Assembly (NCBI GenBank): GCA_002245135.1
Contig: NGBS01000871.1
Coordinates: forward strand, 496,001 to 560,000
From: Proteromonas lacertae
Lineage: Eukaryota
DNA length: 64,000 nt
Reading direction: 5' to 3'
In this document: one piece after another, positions 1 through 12,830 of the stretch
How positions within the stretch are numbered: position 1 is the stretch's first letter
Layout: each line of letters starts with the position of its first letter
The notes under the pieces: model-generated
Databases searched by the model: none
Told to the model about the DNA's origin: nothing
Seen by the model: the letters and a program-made list of their open reading frames with translations, nothing else
Program-made: the position numbers and the translations under genes

Positions 1-3000
1 GAACAATTTTTGCTCATTTTCATCAGATATATTGATTGAATAATCAAATAATCCTTTCATTACTGAAGCAATCACTCTACATCTCTTTTCATTCACTGAA
101 ACTTCAAATAATTTCTTTGTTCCTTCATATAATACATTCTCTAATTCATTTCCTCCACATATTTTCAATAATCGTCTAAATGCAGTAGACCAAGTTAAAA
201 TGATTGAAAATCCTTTATTACTGTATTCTATATTATCCATTCTACATATTTCATTCATTAATGTTGATGCAACTCGTGATAATTCTAAACCAGTAAAATG
301 ATCTGGAGCTTCATATTCTTCTTTATAATTCTCATGGAAAACATCAGCAAAATTCTATATGCATACATAATAATAATTATTATTATATAAACATACTTCA
401 AATAAGTGTAACCAAGTATTAGGATTCAAATAGAATGATTTTAACTTCTCACCAAACGTATTTGGATAATATTCAGCTATCATACTGGAGAATAAGAAAC
501 AAGCTAATCGAATATTCATATTATCACAGTTCAATCCATCATAGATCACATCTCCAATACATATGTTTGGTTCAATACCTGATTGTAATAAGTAATACAT
601 TGATAATATCCTCTAATAATATGATATATATAGTAAAGAAATATATATATATTTATATAATACATTCAATTGATATAACCAAGTTTGTGATTTAAAATCA
701 ATAGATAATTGTTTCATTAATTCTTGATACTCTTCAACGTGATGTAATGCAGATGGCATTCTAAATTAAATAAAAATAAAATAAAAACAATTATTAAAAA
801 TAGATACGTTTTGTAAAATACTTGAAGATATATTCCCAAGTAATAATTTTCAGCTGCTTCTCTATCATGTTGTTTGAAATTGGTTAATAATTCAGGAATA
901 TTCAATTGTAATAAAATAAACATTTTATAAACTGGAAATGTGTAAATACAATCTAATGTAATAGCAACCAGTAAACTATATATATATATATATATATTAT
1001 ATAAATATACTTTATCAATGCAACAGCATCAATCTTTTTGATTGTTTTAATATGATTTACAATGTCTTTTTCAATATCCTATATATAATAATGTATATAT
1101 AAAGAATACAGGAATTTCATTAGATATTAACGATATAATTTGACTTACTTGACACAAATCTTCCCTTTGAATACTTGTAGTAGTTCCAATTCTCAAAATA
1201 TCAATCAAAAACGGATATAAATTTTGAACAAATTCTTTATATTCATCAGTTGGATGTAAATGTAAATACTTGGTAATAATATGAACGCCATAATCATAGG
1301 TTGAGTCTACTAATGACATTCCATATTTATTCCAATCGTATATAGTGACAGCTTCCCATGGCCTAATATCATACTCTTTACTTTTCATATCAAATTCATA
1401 AGCACTTCGATAATAATCATTTCTATTGATTGATGGTATTGGATACTGATAAATAGGTAAATCAGCATTACTGTCAATTAAACTAGTACATAGTTGGAAT
1501 AATGATTTTAAGATAACTTCAGAAAGCAATTCATTCTTAGAGATAAAATCAAATGCTTTGTGAATACAATCGAATAAATCTTTACTTAGTTTTAATACAT
1601 TTGTTGGAATAGTTCTATAGTTACAAAATGTTTCAAATTCAGGATGTAAGGTGATTAATATTGAATTTGTATCGAAACACAGTGCTGAGTCAAGGATTGT
1701 AATACTGTCTTCCCATTGTCTTCTGTCAGTTACATCTATTTTGTACAAAATAAAATATTTTAGTTTATATATATACTGTTTAAAATGAGATTATTAGTGA
1801 TATTATACATTTGTGGATAGATATAATGTAAAACAATATCGTCTAATACTCTCTTATAATTCTCATAATCATTTTCAATAGTTACTTTTATTATATCAGT
1901 TGGATTAGTGAATTTTTGACCAAATTTTGCTGTTTTTATATATCTGTTATTCATATTTAAATCTAAAACACCTTTTGCCACTGAATTTAACAAGTCTAAA
2001 GCTGCATTTCTGACTTTCTGTTCATTATGTTTAATTCCTAAATCGATTAAGTCTTTGAATATTATCCAATTTGGACCAATGAATTTTAAACGACAACTGT
2101 ATCAATAAATAATATAATTATATACTTCGTAATTTCTGTTAATACTGAATAATAACATCCAATCATCTCTTGGTTTACAATAAATTGATTATTACTGACA
2201 AATTGATTGGCTACAAACTTCACAAATGTTGAAACTTTCTTTACTGAAGCGACATTACAAATTTCATTAACTGCAACATAATAATGTTCATTATTCTCTA
2301 TATTCTCCATTACAACACTATAAAAGAAATAAGAAAATAAAAAGGAAAAACAAAGTAGAAAATATACTTCATTATTTGGTCAAACAAATCATCCACTTTA
2401 TTTTCTGGAAGAGTTGATAATATTATAGGAAAGAGTTGTGTAAATATGTCATTCCATTCAATATGGACATTATTCATCAATTTCACTATCTTAATGAGAA
2501 TATTACAAGCATTTTCAGACAACCAATTGAATAACTGAACAATCTGTGACTGTACTTGTGGACCATCATTTTCATAGAGTTTTTCATATTCTTCACTTGT
2601 CACTATTTATGATGAATATATATATATATATAGTAATATACTTGATAAATTACAATAACGATATAATGAAGCTAATATTTTCATACTTAATACTAATTTA
2701 ATAGTATCAATAGAAGATATATAATTATAAATGTTATTCAAAGAATTTAATAAAATAGAAATAAAATCAGTATAAGGTTTAGGATAGAAATATAAATCAA
2801 TTCCTAGTATAATAGCTCTAAGAGCTGAAGTAAATTTATTCATTTCATTTCCACTTTCTGTCTCTGTAAAACCTTCTGCAATACATCTAACTATTTTATC
2901 AATGAATAAATCACGATATCTGCCTATGAATTCATATATTGATTCATCAAAACTTTCATTGAATAAATTATATTCAATAATTGACCATCCCCATTTCTTT

Positions 3001-4201
3001 AAACAGTTTAATTCTTCTTCAGTAAATGGATAATATTGAACATTCAATCCATTCTCTATAGCTACTTCAATATGGTTTAATGTTCGACATAATGGGCTTG
3101 TCATTTGGCAAACTCTATTTAAATAAACATTTCTTTCTTCATCATCAACTTTGGCTATAATTTTCAATGATTTCTAATAATTATATAATAATAATAATAA
3201 TTATTATTATATATACAAATATATATCCTAACAATGGTCTAATATTGATATTTTCAATTGGTTTATCATATGGAATTAATGCAAATTGTAAAACATTATC
3301 ATCATCAATGTCCAATAAGAACGAATAGATTAATTCTTTGTCAAATATTTTCCTCCAATCATATTCCGGTGTGTAATCTATACATAAAGCGAGTAAATCG
3401 TAGAAACTACAGGAGAAATCACCATTACTGTGATAATAATGATCAAAGGCTTTTTCAATAAAACTATTATTATTACAATATATTATATTATTATAATATA
3501 TATACCCATCGATGATATTACTTGGAATTGAACATTTTGGTAAATATGTCACTAATTTTGTAAGAATTGAGTCAGTATATCTATCAGTAAAAGGTTCTTC
3601 ATAATCAGGAATTCTAAACTCCTTTACTACCTCTTCTACTTGTGATGACGGTTGAATGAAATATAAACAACTGACTAAACGATTTAATTGGTCTTGATAT
3701 CCTCCTAAATTGATCATTGCTATATTGGACAGTCCATTAGATCCATCATCTATATCTGTTATTTTGCTCATTAACTTCCAATCATAATCTATATGATAAA
3801 CTGGTTTAGAATCAATTAGAGAGTATAACATAGGTAAATGTCGTGATTTTTGATAATGACTAGATATAATATTCTACTAAACATACTTTAGTGAGGGATG
3901 TAAGAACAATTTCATAATTAAGGATGTTACTCTCTTCAAATCTTCTGGAGCATAATATGTTGACTTTAAAAACATAGTCTAATGGTATAAAATAATAATA
4001 ATACAAGAACTGTGATAACTCTGGATGTTTTTGTTATATCAACAATATCCTCCTTTATTAATTCCTCTACTTCCAACATTAAAGTTTCAAAAAGTTCTTT
4101 AAAGTGATTAATCGTCTCTTTAGAGTATTGATACTGAACATGAAGCAATCTGCAAAATCAAGCAATGAAAAATACTTATCAAAATGAACAAAAGGATCCA
4201 T
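1..4201 (-). CDS. PSME4: Proteasome activator PA200/Blm10-like HEAT-repeat protein (multi-exon; 3' end runs off the window)
   Basis: ATG at 4201. About 12 short GT-AG introns join ORFs 3966-4148, 3181-3831, 2607-3167, 2310-2603, 2086-2310, 1760-1993, 1071-1748, 717-923 and 355-600 in frame. Motifs DYDWKLM, YFIQPSSQVEEVVKEFR, LLALCIDYTPEYDW, IILGIDLYFYP and VIASVMKGLF occur in the same order as similar PA200/Blm10 motifs (recalled similarity). Confidence 0.6.
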
Positions 4202-4360
4202 AATAATTATTTCTACTTTTAAAAAATTGTATAATGAATAAAATGCAGATTATTCCAAATGTTAATGAAATTAATTCGTTTTAAAACTGGGGATTAAAAA
4301 TTTTGGAATCTCATACAATTTAAAAACATTATACAGATATATAAAATGAAAATTTTACTA

Positions 4361-5526
4361 TTAAAAATCTATCTCAGACATTGAGATAATAAACTGTTTA
4401 TAAATAGCCATGAATTTCGCAATAAATGCTTCAAGATGAATAATTTCTTTACCACCTTCATTCAATCTCTCTTCAAACTGTGCACCAATAATCATCAGAT
4501 TACTTTTCAAAGTATCATCCAATTTTGGTATTAACAGTTGAATCAACGTCTTTAAAATCACTGATGCAGGTATGCAGTTAGCTATCAATTCATATAAGCT
4601 ATCTCTAATAGATAAAAGTTTTTGTGGAGTTTGTTCCTTTGTTATTTCAATGGCAATGTTGTTAATAAATATTTCCCAATCTGGTAAAAGTATTTTGGTT
4701 TTACCATCTTCGCTAAAAGGATATTGATTATTTTTAGTTGCTTCTAACATTAATATACCTCTTCTTAAGTTCCTTTTACTATTTAAAGCAATTTCATAAC
4801 TTAATTTGTCAGGTAGTTTTATATTCTCTTTCAAACAGATTTGTTGGAATATCATCATTATTTCTGTCTCTGTTGGAGCACCTATACGTATTGGTAAACA
4901 ACGACTTCTGATTGGTTCAATCACTTTTGATAAACACTCACAGATTAGAATTAATCTACAACTGGATGTATATTTTTCCATTGTTCTTCTTAATGCAGCT
5001 TGAGCCTGGTTTGAGAGATTATCTACTTCAGTTAATATGATTGTTTTGAATGGACATTTTTCACTTCCATGTAATTGCTTGGTTTGAGCTATTTCTTTTA
5101 TGACTTCTTGAATTACTACTGTATCATTGTTACCTGCATCACTTGGATTAAGCTCTATATGATATACACTTGAAACTGTTGTTATTTCGATCTTTTTATT
5201 TGATTTTGACTAAAAGAATAAAAATAATACAGTGAAATACAGTAAAAGTTCTATAATCTAGTTTTGTCTATTTAAATATAACATTAGAATTATAAGTAAA
5301 AAATACTTTAGAAACGCCATTGCCATACAATTCTTTTAATAAGCACATGACTCTCGTTCTTTTACCAGCTCCAGGAGGTCCAAAAAACAATAAATGGGGA
5401 ATGGCGCCATTTGATCCCTAAAGTAAAATAAATAAAGAATACCATCAGTCTAAGCCTCTCTGATAAATCTTTGTGATAATCTAATTTATCTAATGATTTT
5501 GGTCTATATTTATCAACCCAAAGCAT
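4361..5526 (-). CDS. RFC3: Replication factor C subunit 3 (38 kDa; yeast Rfc5 type)
   Basis: [18 protein letters not shown] start, [42 protein letters not shown] and [10 protein letters not shown]. Three GT-AG introns, for example 25 nt at 5418-5442. Confidence 0.95.
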
Positions 5527-5612
5527 TTTTATAAAATAGAAACTTGAATAGTGTCAAGCTTTTTTATTTTAAAAAACTCGTTTCTTAATTTAAGCCTATA
5601 TTTACATGATAT

Positions 5613-8386
5613 ATGTCTAAATCTGGTAATATCAGAGTAGCAATAAGGGTAAGACCCTTTATTGAAAGAGAAAATGGAACAGAAAATGTTCTAAAGATTG
5701 TTGATGATCAAACAATTGAAGTAGATGAAAACCGAAAAAATTATAATCATATCTTCGATCAAACATCAACACAATCAGAAGTATTTGAGTGGATAAAGCC
5801 TCTATTTGATGAAGCAATAGAAGGAACCAATTGTTCATTATTTATGTATGGTCAAACTGGTACAGGTAAGACATACACAATATTAGGAGAAGGTTTAGAA
5901 TCTGGTATATTTTCAGATGATCGAGAATGTGATACAGAAGTATATTTTATATTATATTTTTACATATAACTAGAAATGGGGTATTATACCACGAAGTGTA
6001 GAATATTTATTCCAAAAACTACTCCAAAATTTCAACAATTCAATAATCAGTTGTTCTTACATACAAATATACAATGAAAAACTCTTAGATTTATTAGATG
6101 ATCCAAAAAATGAGTCAAAATGTAAAATAGTCTCAAGAGGCAAGAATACACTATTAACAGGTGTAATTGGTATAGAAGTGAGTAGTGTAGATGAAATCAT
6201 GGACTTATTATCAAAAGGCAATAAAAACCGTAAAATTAGAGCAACACAAATGAACGAAGCTAGTAGCAGAAGTCATGCAATTTTACAATTAAAATTACAA
6301 ATTTTAGGAGAAGATAAAACTCCTTTAAGATGGAGTTATATTAATTTAATCGATTTAGCAGGTTGTGAAAGATATGATTTAACAATAGAAGATAATATAA
6401 AAATAGGAAAAAACTATGAATCTCAAAAAGACTTAGATGAAAAAAGACAACAATTAAACCAAGAAACTATTAACATAAATCAAAGTTTATCTGTTTTACA
6501 TAGAGTTATAACGACACTTAGTGAAAAAAACAATAACAATAATAAAAATAATAATGTTATAATACCTTATAGAGATAGTAAATTGACTTATTTATTGAAA
6601 GACTCACTGGGAGGTAATTCCCAGACTGTATTAATAGCAACGTTAAGTCCATCTGCTATAAGTAAACAACAATCAAAATCAACTTTAAATTTTGCATCAA
6701 CAGCTGCAAGGGTAGTCAGTCATATTAAACAAAATGTAATTCAAGATCCACAAGTGATAATTAATCAATTAAGAAATACAATATTGAAATTAAATGAAAA
6801 GTTAGTGAATAAAGATAAAATCATTGAAGAATTGAAGAAACAGTTTGCTAGGTTTGACAGACCTCAAACCACAAATGATGTAGTATTAAAACCATTAAGA
6901 TTAAGTAATAATTCAAAAGGGAAAAAGACATTCAGTGAAAAGTTTAGAAACACTGTTGAAGACTATAGAGATAGTAAAGATGAAGGAATTCAAGTGGATT
7001 TATATAATGAAGATAATTATAATAATAATAAAATGAAGAAAAAGAAAAATAATTATAATGTAAGTCAGAAGATGATAGATAGTAATACAAACAGTGATAA
7101 TAGCAGTAGTGATGATGATGATGATGGTTTAGTATATGGTCCAGGATTAGATTATTCTATAAATAATGATGATATTGCTTTACATAAATCACGATTGTTA
7201 TTGTTGCAGAAGAATTATGAAGAATTGTTTGAATATAATGATAATTCCATAGATGATGTATATATTATTATATTATTATATATTTTATTTCAATAGTTAT
7301 TAGAAGATAGTGATAATGAAGAGAATGAAGATTATAGTAATATTCCACTAGAATGGCAATCTGTATTAGTTTCACGTATATATATATATATATATATTAT
7401 TATTATTATTAGCTGAAAAACCATCAACTGCACCTCCTCCACCACCATCTATTACTCCTTCACTTACACTTATTGATACTCCATCATTATCATCAACAAC
7501 TAATGCCAATATATTACCACCTCAATCACCATTAGTTGTAGAAAGAAGACAAGTTATTGAACCAAAGAATAAGAATGATCAACCAATTATAGTAAATAGT
7601 AAAATAGTTACACCATCAACTACCACTTCTTCTATTATAATCAATAATAATCCTTTATCACAATCTAATTCACAAATTAAAATATCCAATCGAAATAATG
7701 ATCCTATCAAATCATTTGTTTCTGATAAATTACATTATTCACCCAAAGTGACAAAGGAAATGTTTGTGCGTCCGTTACACCGTAGTGGTAGTAGTAGCAG
7801 TAGCCACAATAGAAACAGTAACAACAATAATAATAGAAATATATCACCTTTGACTTCTGATATTTCAATGATTAGTTCAAATCCTCAACCTGTGAAGAAT
7901 AACAACAGTATTTATATATCACCACCTTCTACAAGCAATTCTTTCTCTTCTACTTGTCCTGTATTGAATAATAACCCTTCAATGTCACAATCTGTTAGTT
8001 TTAGTAATAAAAGTGAGAATAGAAGTAGTAAAACTGATATTAGTAATTCATCTTCTCCTACGAAAGGTGCTTTACCTACAAAGCTATCGTTTTCATTAAG
8101 AGATCGAGGATTTATTATATCTTTTTATTATCCATCTTTAGGGAGATGGTTTGATGCTGTTATTGATAGATATGATATGGGAGATAAAAAACACCATTTA
8201 ACTGTTCAGGAACTAGGAGAAGCGAAATGGAAGGATTTAAGAAAAGAGAAGTATAAGATTATTGATTTTAAAGAACTGCCAAGATCTGAAACTCCTACTG
8301 CTCCAAAATCAAAACCTATGTATAAAACTAAGAAACGAAAAATGAAAAATGAGCAAATGGCTGTTTATAAACTGTACCATTTCTAA
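5613..8386 (+). CDS. Kinesin with N-terminal motor, coiled coil, low-complexity tail and C-terminal Tudor-like domain
   Basis: NIRVAIRVRP, YGQTGTGKTYT, NEASSRSH, LIDLAGCER and IPYRDSKLT. Three GT-AG introns (about 5940-5973, 7258-7295 and 7377-7412). Confidence 0.92.
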
Positions 8387-8670
8387 TTTTTGCACTAATC
8401 GGTGGTTGTATGAATATTTATTGTGAATTTAATTGACTGTTTTTGTGTATTGAAGTATATAAAATCATAAAACTTTCATCATCAGATATTCATAAACAAT
8501 TCATTGCCATAATTGATTTTATCATACACATAAAGAGTGTGGTTAAGTAGAAAAATAAAAAAATACAAAACAGGTTTGAAGCGTTTCAAGTCAATGGAAT
8601 TTTAAATAGGAATTTTAGTATAGAAATAGCATTTTAAATTACTCCCCCATCACCTCATCTCATTATCAAA

Positions 8671-9414
8671 ATGGCAGAAGCAAAGCTATTTAACAAATGG
8701 TATTTATTAATAAACTATCTTGCTGAATATATGTGCTTTTTTTCTACCATTCTAAACACTCATATACACACTAATGATCTAATTTTTATTTTATTTGTAT
8801 AGGAGCTATGATATTGAAGTATCAGATAACAGTTTACATGTATATATTCTAGAAATGTTTATATACCTTTTATAGGATCATCTTGCTGTACAAAAACAAC
8901 AATATGGTGTATACACAGCTCACTCAGCTAAAAGATACCAAATGAAAAGATTTAAGAAGGGAACCGTATTATTTCTCATATTACAATTATGTAGTGTCCA
9001 TTAGTAGAAAGATTAGCTAATGCCTTGATGTTCCACGGAAGAAACACCGGTAAAAAATTAATGGCTGGTCGTATCATCCAACACGCTTTTGAAATCATTT
9101 ATTTAATGACTGACCAAAACCCTTACCAAGTTTTAGTAGATGCTGTTATTAAATCATCACCACGTGAAGATAGTACCCGTATTGGTACAGCTGGTGTAGT
9201 AAGAAGACAAGCCGTTGATGTTGCACCCTTCAGAAGAGTATGTCAATCACTTTACTTTATTGCTATTGGTGCTAGAGATGCTTCATTCAGAAACATTAAA
9301 ACAATAGCTGAATGTTTAGCTGATGAAATCGTAAATGCAGCTAAAGGAAGTTCCAACAGTTATGCTATTAAAAAGAAGGATGAAATTGAACGTGTAGCTA
9401 AAGCAAACCGATAA
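8671..9414 (+). CDS. RPS5: 40S ribosomal protein S5 (uS7)
   Basis: [33 protein letters not shown] and [13 protein letters not shown]. Three GT-AG introns, the first at 8700-8802. Confidence 0.97.
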
Positions 9415-9633
9415 ACAGTTAATTTTATTAATACTAATGGTGATGGAGTCTTATTAATTGTGTGTGTGTGTTTTTGATTTAATTCCATCTAGTATGATTA
9501 TTCTATTGATGAAATATAAGATGATATTATCTTTATAATATACCAATTTTCAATTTAATATATCACACAACAACAAAAAATAATAAAATAAAAAGTAAAT
9601 TAAATGAATTTTGCGTTTATATTATTATTAAAT

Positions 9634-10429
9634 TTATGGATATTCATCCAATTCAGGATTATCATCATTATCATCATCATCATCATCCACATTACCAAAC
9701 AAAGAGTTATAATTATTTACATTAAAAGTATTCATTGGTCTTAAGGAAGTAACCATTCTATTATATCCTATATCTACATATCCTTGTTGAGCTAATATAC
9801 TTGCCCTATATAAATAAGGATTATTGATTATTTTAAACATATTATTATATATAGTATTTTCATTCATATTTATAGTTTCTAGAGGTATTCTTCTTTGTAA
9901 AATATTAGCTACAAGTGGTGGAGGAGCAGGAGGTGGATGTAGTAATTGTTGATATGAATATGATCTTTGTTGTTGTTGAGGATTTATATTATTATTCATC
10001 ATTTGATTTGATGTATGTAAAGCTTGATTGGTTTGACGTAAAGTATTATTTGTCCTTCCTATTAATTGATGTGTTTGTTCAATTACTTGATTTGCTCTTT
10101 CTAATATACTATTCACTTGATGGATGCGATTGATTCCTTGTTGTTGTTGTTGTGGTGGTGGTGGTGGTGGTGTTAAAAATGATGATGAAGATGATAATTG
10201 TGAAGTTACAGTTGTAGTTGTAGTAGAAGGTTGTTCTAATGGCAGTTGACCTAATGATGATTCTGGTAATTGTGTCGATTGTACCGGTTGTACAGGTTGT
10301 TGCGATGGTGGTTGTAATGGTGGAAATAATGTATCATAATCACTAACTCCATTATTATTAGATGTTATTGGTGGAGTTATTCCTTCTAAATGATCATCAT
10401 CTTCTTCATCATCATCTTCTTCTTCTGAA

Positions 10430-10473
<44 letters not shown>

Positions 10474-10774
10474 TACATTATTATTTCTTGATAAATCATC
10501 ATAAGGATGATTTAAAAATGAAAACAATCTCGACAATCTTGGTGTAAAGAAAGGTGAATTATTATTATATAGATTACTATGTAGATTATTATTATAATCT
10601 AAATAAGGAGGTGATAAAGCAACATTAACATATGGTGGACGTACTAATTGTCTTCTTATATTATTATTATTATTATTATCTTCACATATTGTGTGTAACT
10701 GTGGAGCAATATCTAAAAACAATCTTCCAACTCGATCTAATAGTGGAGAAAGAACTTTACATAATTCTTTTAAT

Positions 10775-10818
<44 letters not shown>

Positions 10819-11868
10819 TCTACATATTTCAGAGATATGATTAATTGAAGGTAATATTTGGTTGATTGTATTTGGTAATGTTTGAAGTAACAATTCTAAG
10901 GAATCACTTCCTGTTGGCTCAATATTAGTGATAAAACTCACAGGTGTTGGACTATAATGAGATGATAAGAATGAATGCATGGTTTTTGTTCGAAATGGAG
11001 CAATTCTATAGGATGTTTTTTCAATCCATTCATCCCATCGAGTTTGCCAGCCATTATAATGGACATAGACTGAATCGTAATTCACTTCTAAGATTGTTGC
11101 TTCAAGCCATTGGTTTGAGGTATCTAAACAATCAATCCATTGTCCTTTGTAGAAGATTGGATATCCGATATTTTGATGTTCGTGATTTGTTGTGTTAAAA
11201 ATCTCTATGGGTGACTTTACTTGTGTAAAGTAACTTTGGATAGTTGGTTCTTGGATTGAACTGATCATTGTATTGATTGTAAGAAGATTTTGTCTAATTT
11301 GTTCATAATATGTTCCAAATGGTGGTACTGTTGAATCTAAGCTTGTTACTGCTGGTCTTCTTGCTCCTGCTGCTTGTAAGACAATATCTGTTAGAATATT
11401 ACCTAATCCATCTTCAAATAGACTAGCAGCTGATACTGGAGCTCTATAAGGATATCGGTCGTATAGAAAATAGGGAAATGATGATGAATTTTGTGATGAT
11501 GATGAACCATTCCTCGAACTGTTTGGAGATTCTTGGGATCTTTTGATTATGTGTATTGTAGTGCCATTTTCAAGACAATAACTAGTTTTTATATCCAACA
11601 GCAATTATACTTTTTAATTATTCTGTTTCCTGTCAGTTCTCTACCTTTGTATATAATTCTTTGTAGATTATGAGGAATATTGAGTTTATGTTCAACCAGT
11701 ATTTTCAATTCGTTTAAATTAATGTTCTATGAATAATAATAATTGCATATAATGTACAGGGTTAAAAGTGATTGAATCAGGCGTTGTTTCTGATTCTATG
11801 GTTTTTAGTTTAATTGTTAATAACGACGAAGTTTCATCTCCTGTAGTAAAATTATTATGCAAAGACAT
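9634..11868 (-). CDS. Ubiquitin-like domain plus Tudor/Agenet-like domain protein, Pro/Gln/Asn-rich (BAG6-like)
   Basis: Spliced N-terminus LTIKLKTIE...IPHNLQRIIYKGREL...LENGTTIHII is a UBL. GQWIDCLDTSNQWLEATILEV...VHYNGWQTRWDEWI is a Tudor/chromo-barrel. Two GT-AG introns. Confidence 0.7.
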
Positions 11869-12084
11869 TTAATCACCTAAATTTCTTTTCAATTATTATT
11901 CGGTTTAAAAAACTCTATTTTCGGGTCTACCTCAAATATATTCACTTTTCTCCAGACATAGATATCTAATAAATATTATTGATATATAAAAAGAATTTCA
12001 TGAATGAAATATATCATATCTTTATAAACAAAACAAAAATTGATAATAAATATTAAAAACTTCATTAATTATCACTTAATCCTA

Positions 12085-12742
12085 TTATCGTTTAGTAAAA
12101 TAATAAACAACTATAATCAAGACAATTATAAAAATCATTCCACAATATACAATGAGTTTATCTATAAAATCACTTTTGTTCACATATCTCAATATTGATT
12201 GAGATACACCAAGAGAATTCAAAATATTAAGCACTTTTCGACGACTTGCTTTGATTTTCTCTTTATCTTTCATTAACTGTTCATAGGCTTCATCTGCTTG
12301 ATTCACATATTCTTCACTCATTCCTAACGATTGAGATGCACTATCATTAATCGCCAATACAACATCGCTTGGAGTACATGATCCACCACTTAGTAATTCT
12401 TTTCTTTCTCTTTTAGATTTTATTTGGGATTCTATTTGTTGTAGTTTTCTATTGATTGTCGTTTTAAGAGTTGAAAAATCTGAATATAATGCTTTATATC
12501 TCCTATACAATTCATAATTCTCAAGAAATATACTTATCCCATATTTTTCTACTATTTATTGGCTCACTTGTAATATTGATTTTCAGACTTTCAATACGAC
12601 CTTGTAAGGTGTTTTTTATTGTCTCAGTATCATCAATCAGTTTATCATCAATATTTCTTCCACTCTCAAGTGCTGCTGCACAATTATTCAACTGTAATTT
12701 TAAATTCTGACATTCTGAATATATGGTTTCGCAATTACTCAT
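12085..12742 (-). CDS. GOSR2: Golgi Qb-SNARE, membrin/Bos1 type
   Basis: RRKVLNILNSLGVSQSILRYV SNARE motif and a C-terminal TM helix. One GT-AG intron near 12503-12534. Confidence 0.8.
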
Positions 12743-12830
12743 TAGAAAAATGAAAAAAATGAAAAAATGAAAAAGGTTTACGAAAATGTTTTTTTAAAAA
12801 CCAAAATAGTTTCAAAATTCAAATAATAGT

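Noticed and set aside
761..807. GTATCT-starting intron as a GT-AG U12 intron (also the one near 50247)
   Set aside because: GTAT is the ordinary donor here and there is no convincing U12 branch site at the right distance. It cannot be classified by eye.
9915..11198. Plus-strand ORFs rich in poly-Tyr, and similar antisense ORFs elsewhere (for example 23318-23632, 29682-29972, 51046-51354)
   Set aside because: They are shadows of AAT/CAA-rich coding sequence on the opposite strand.
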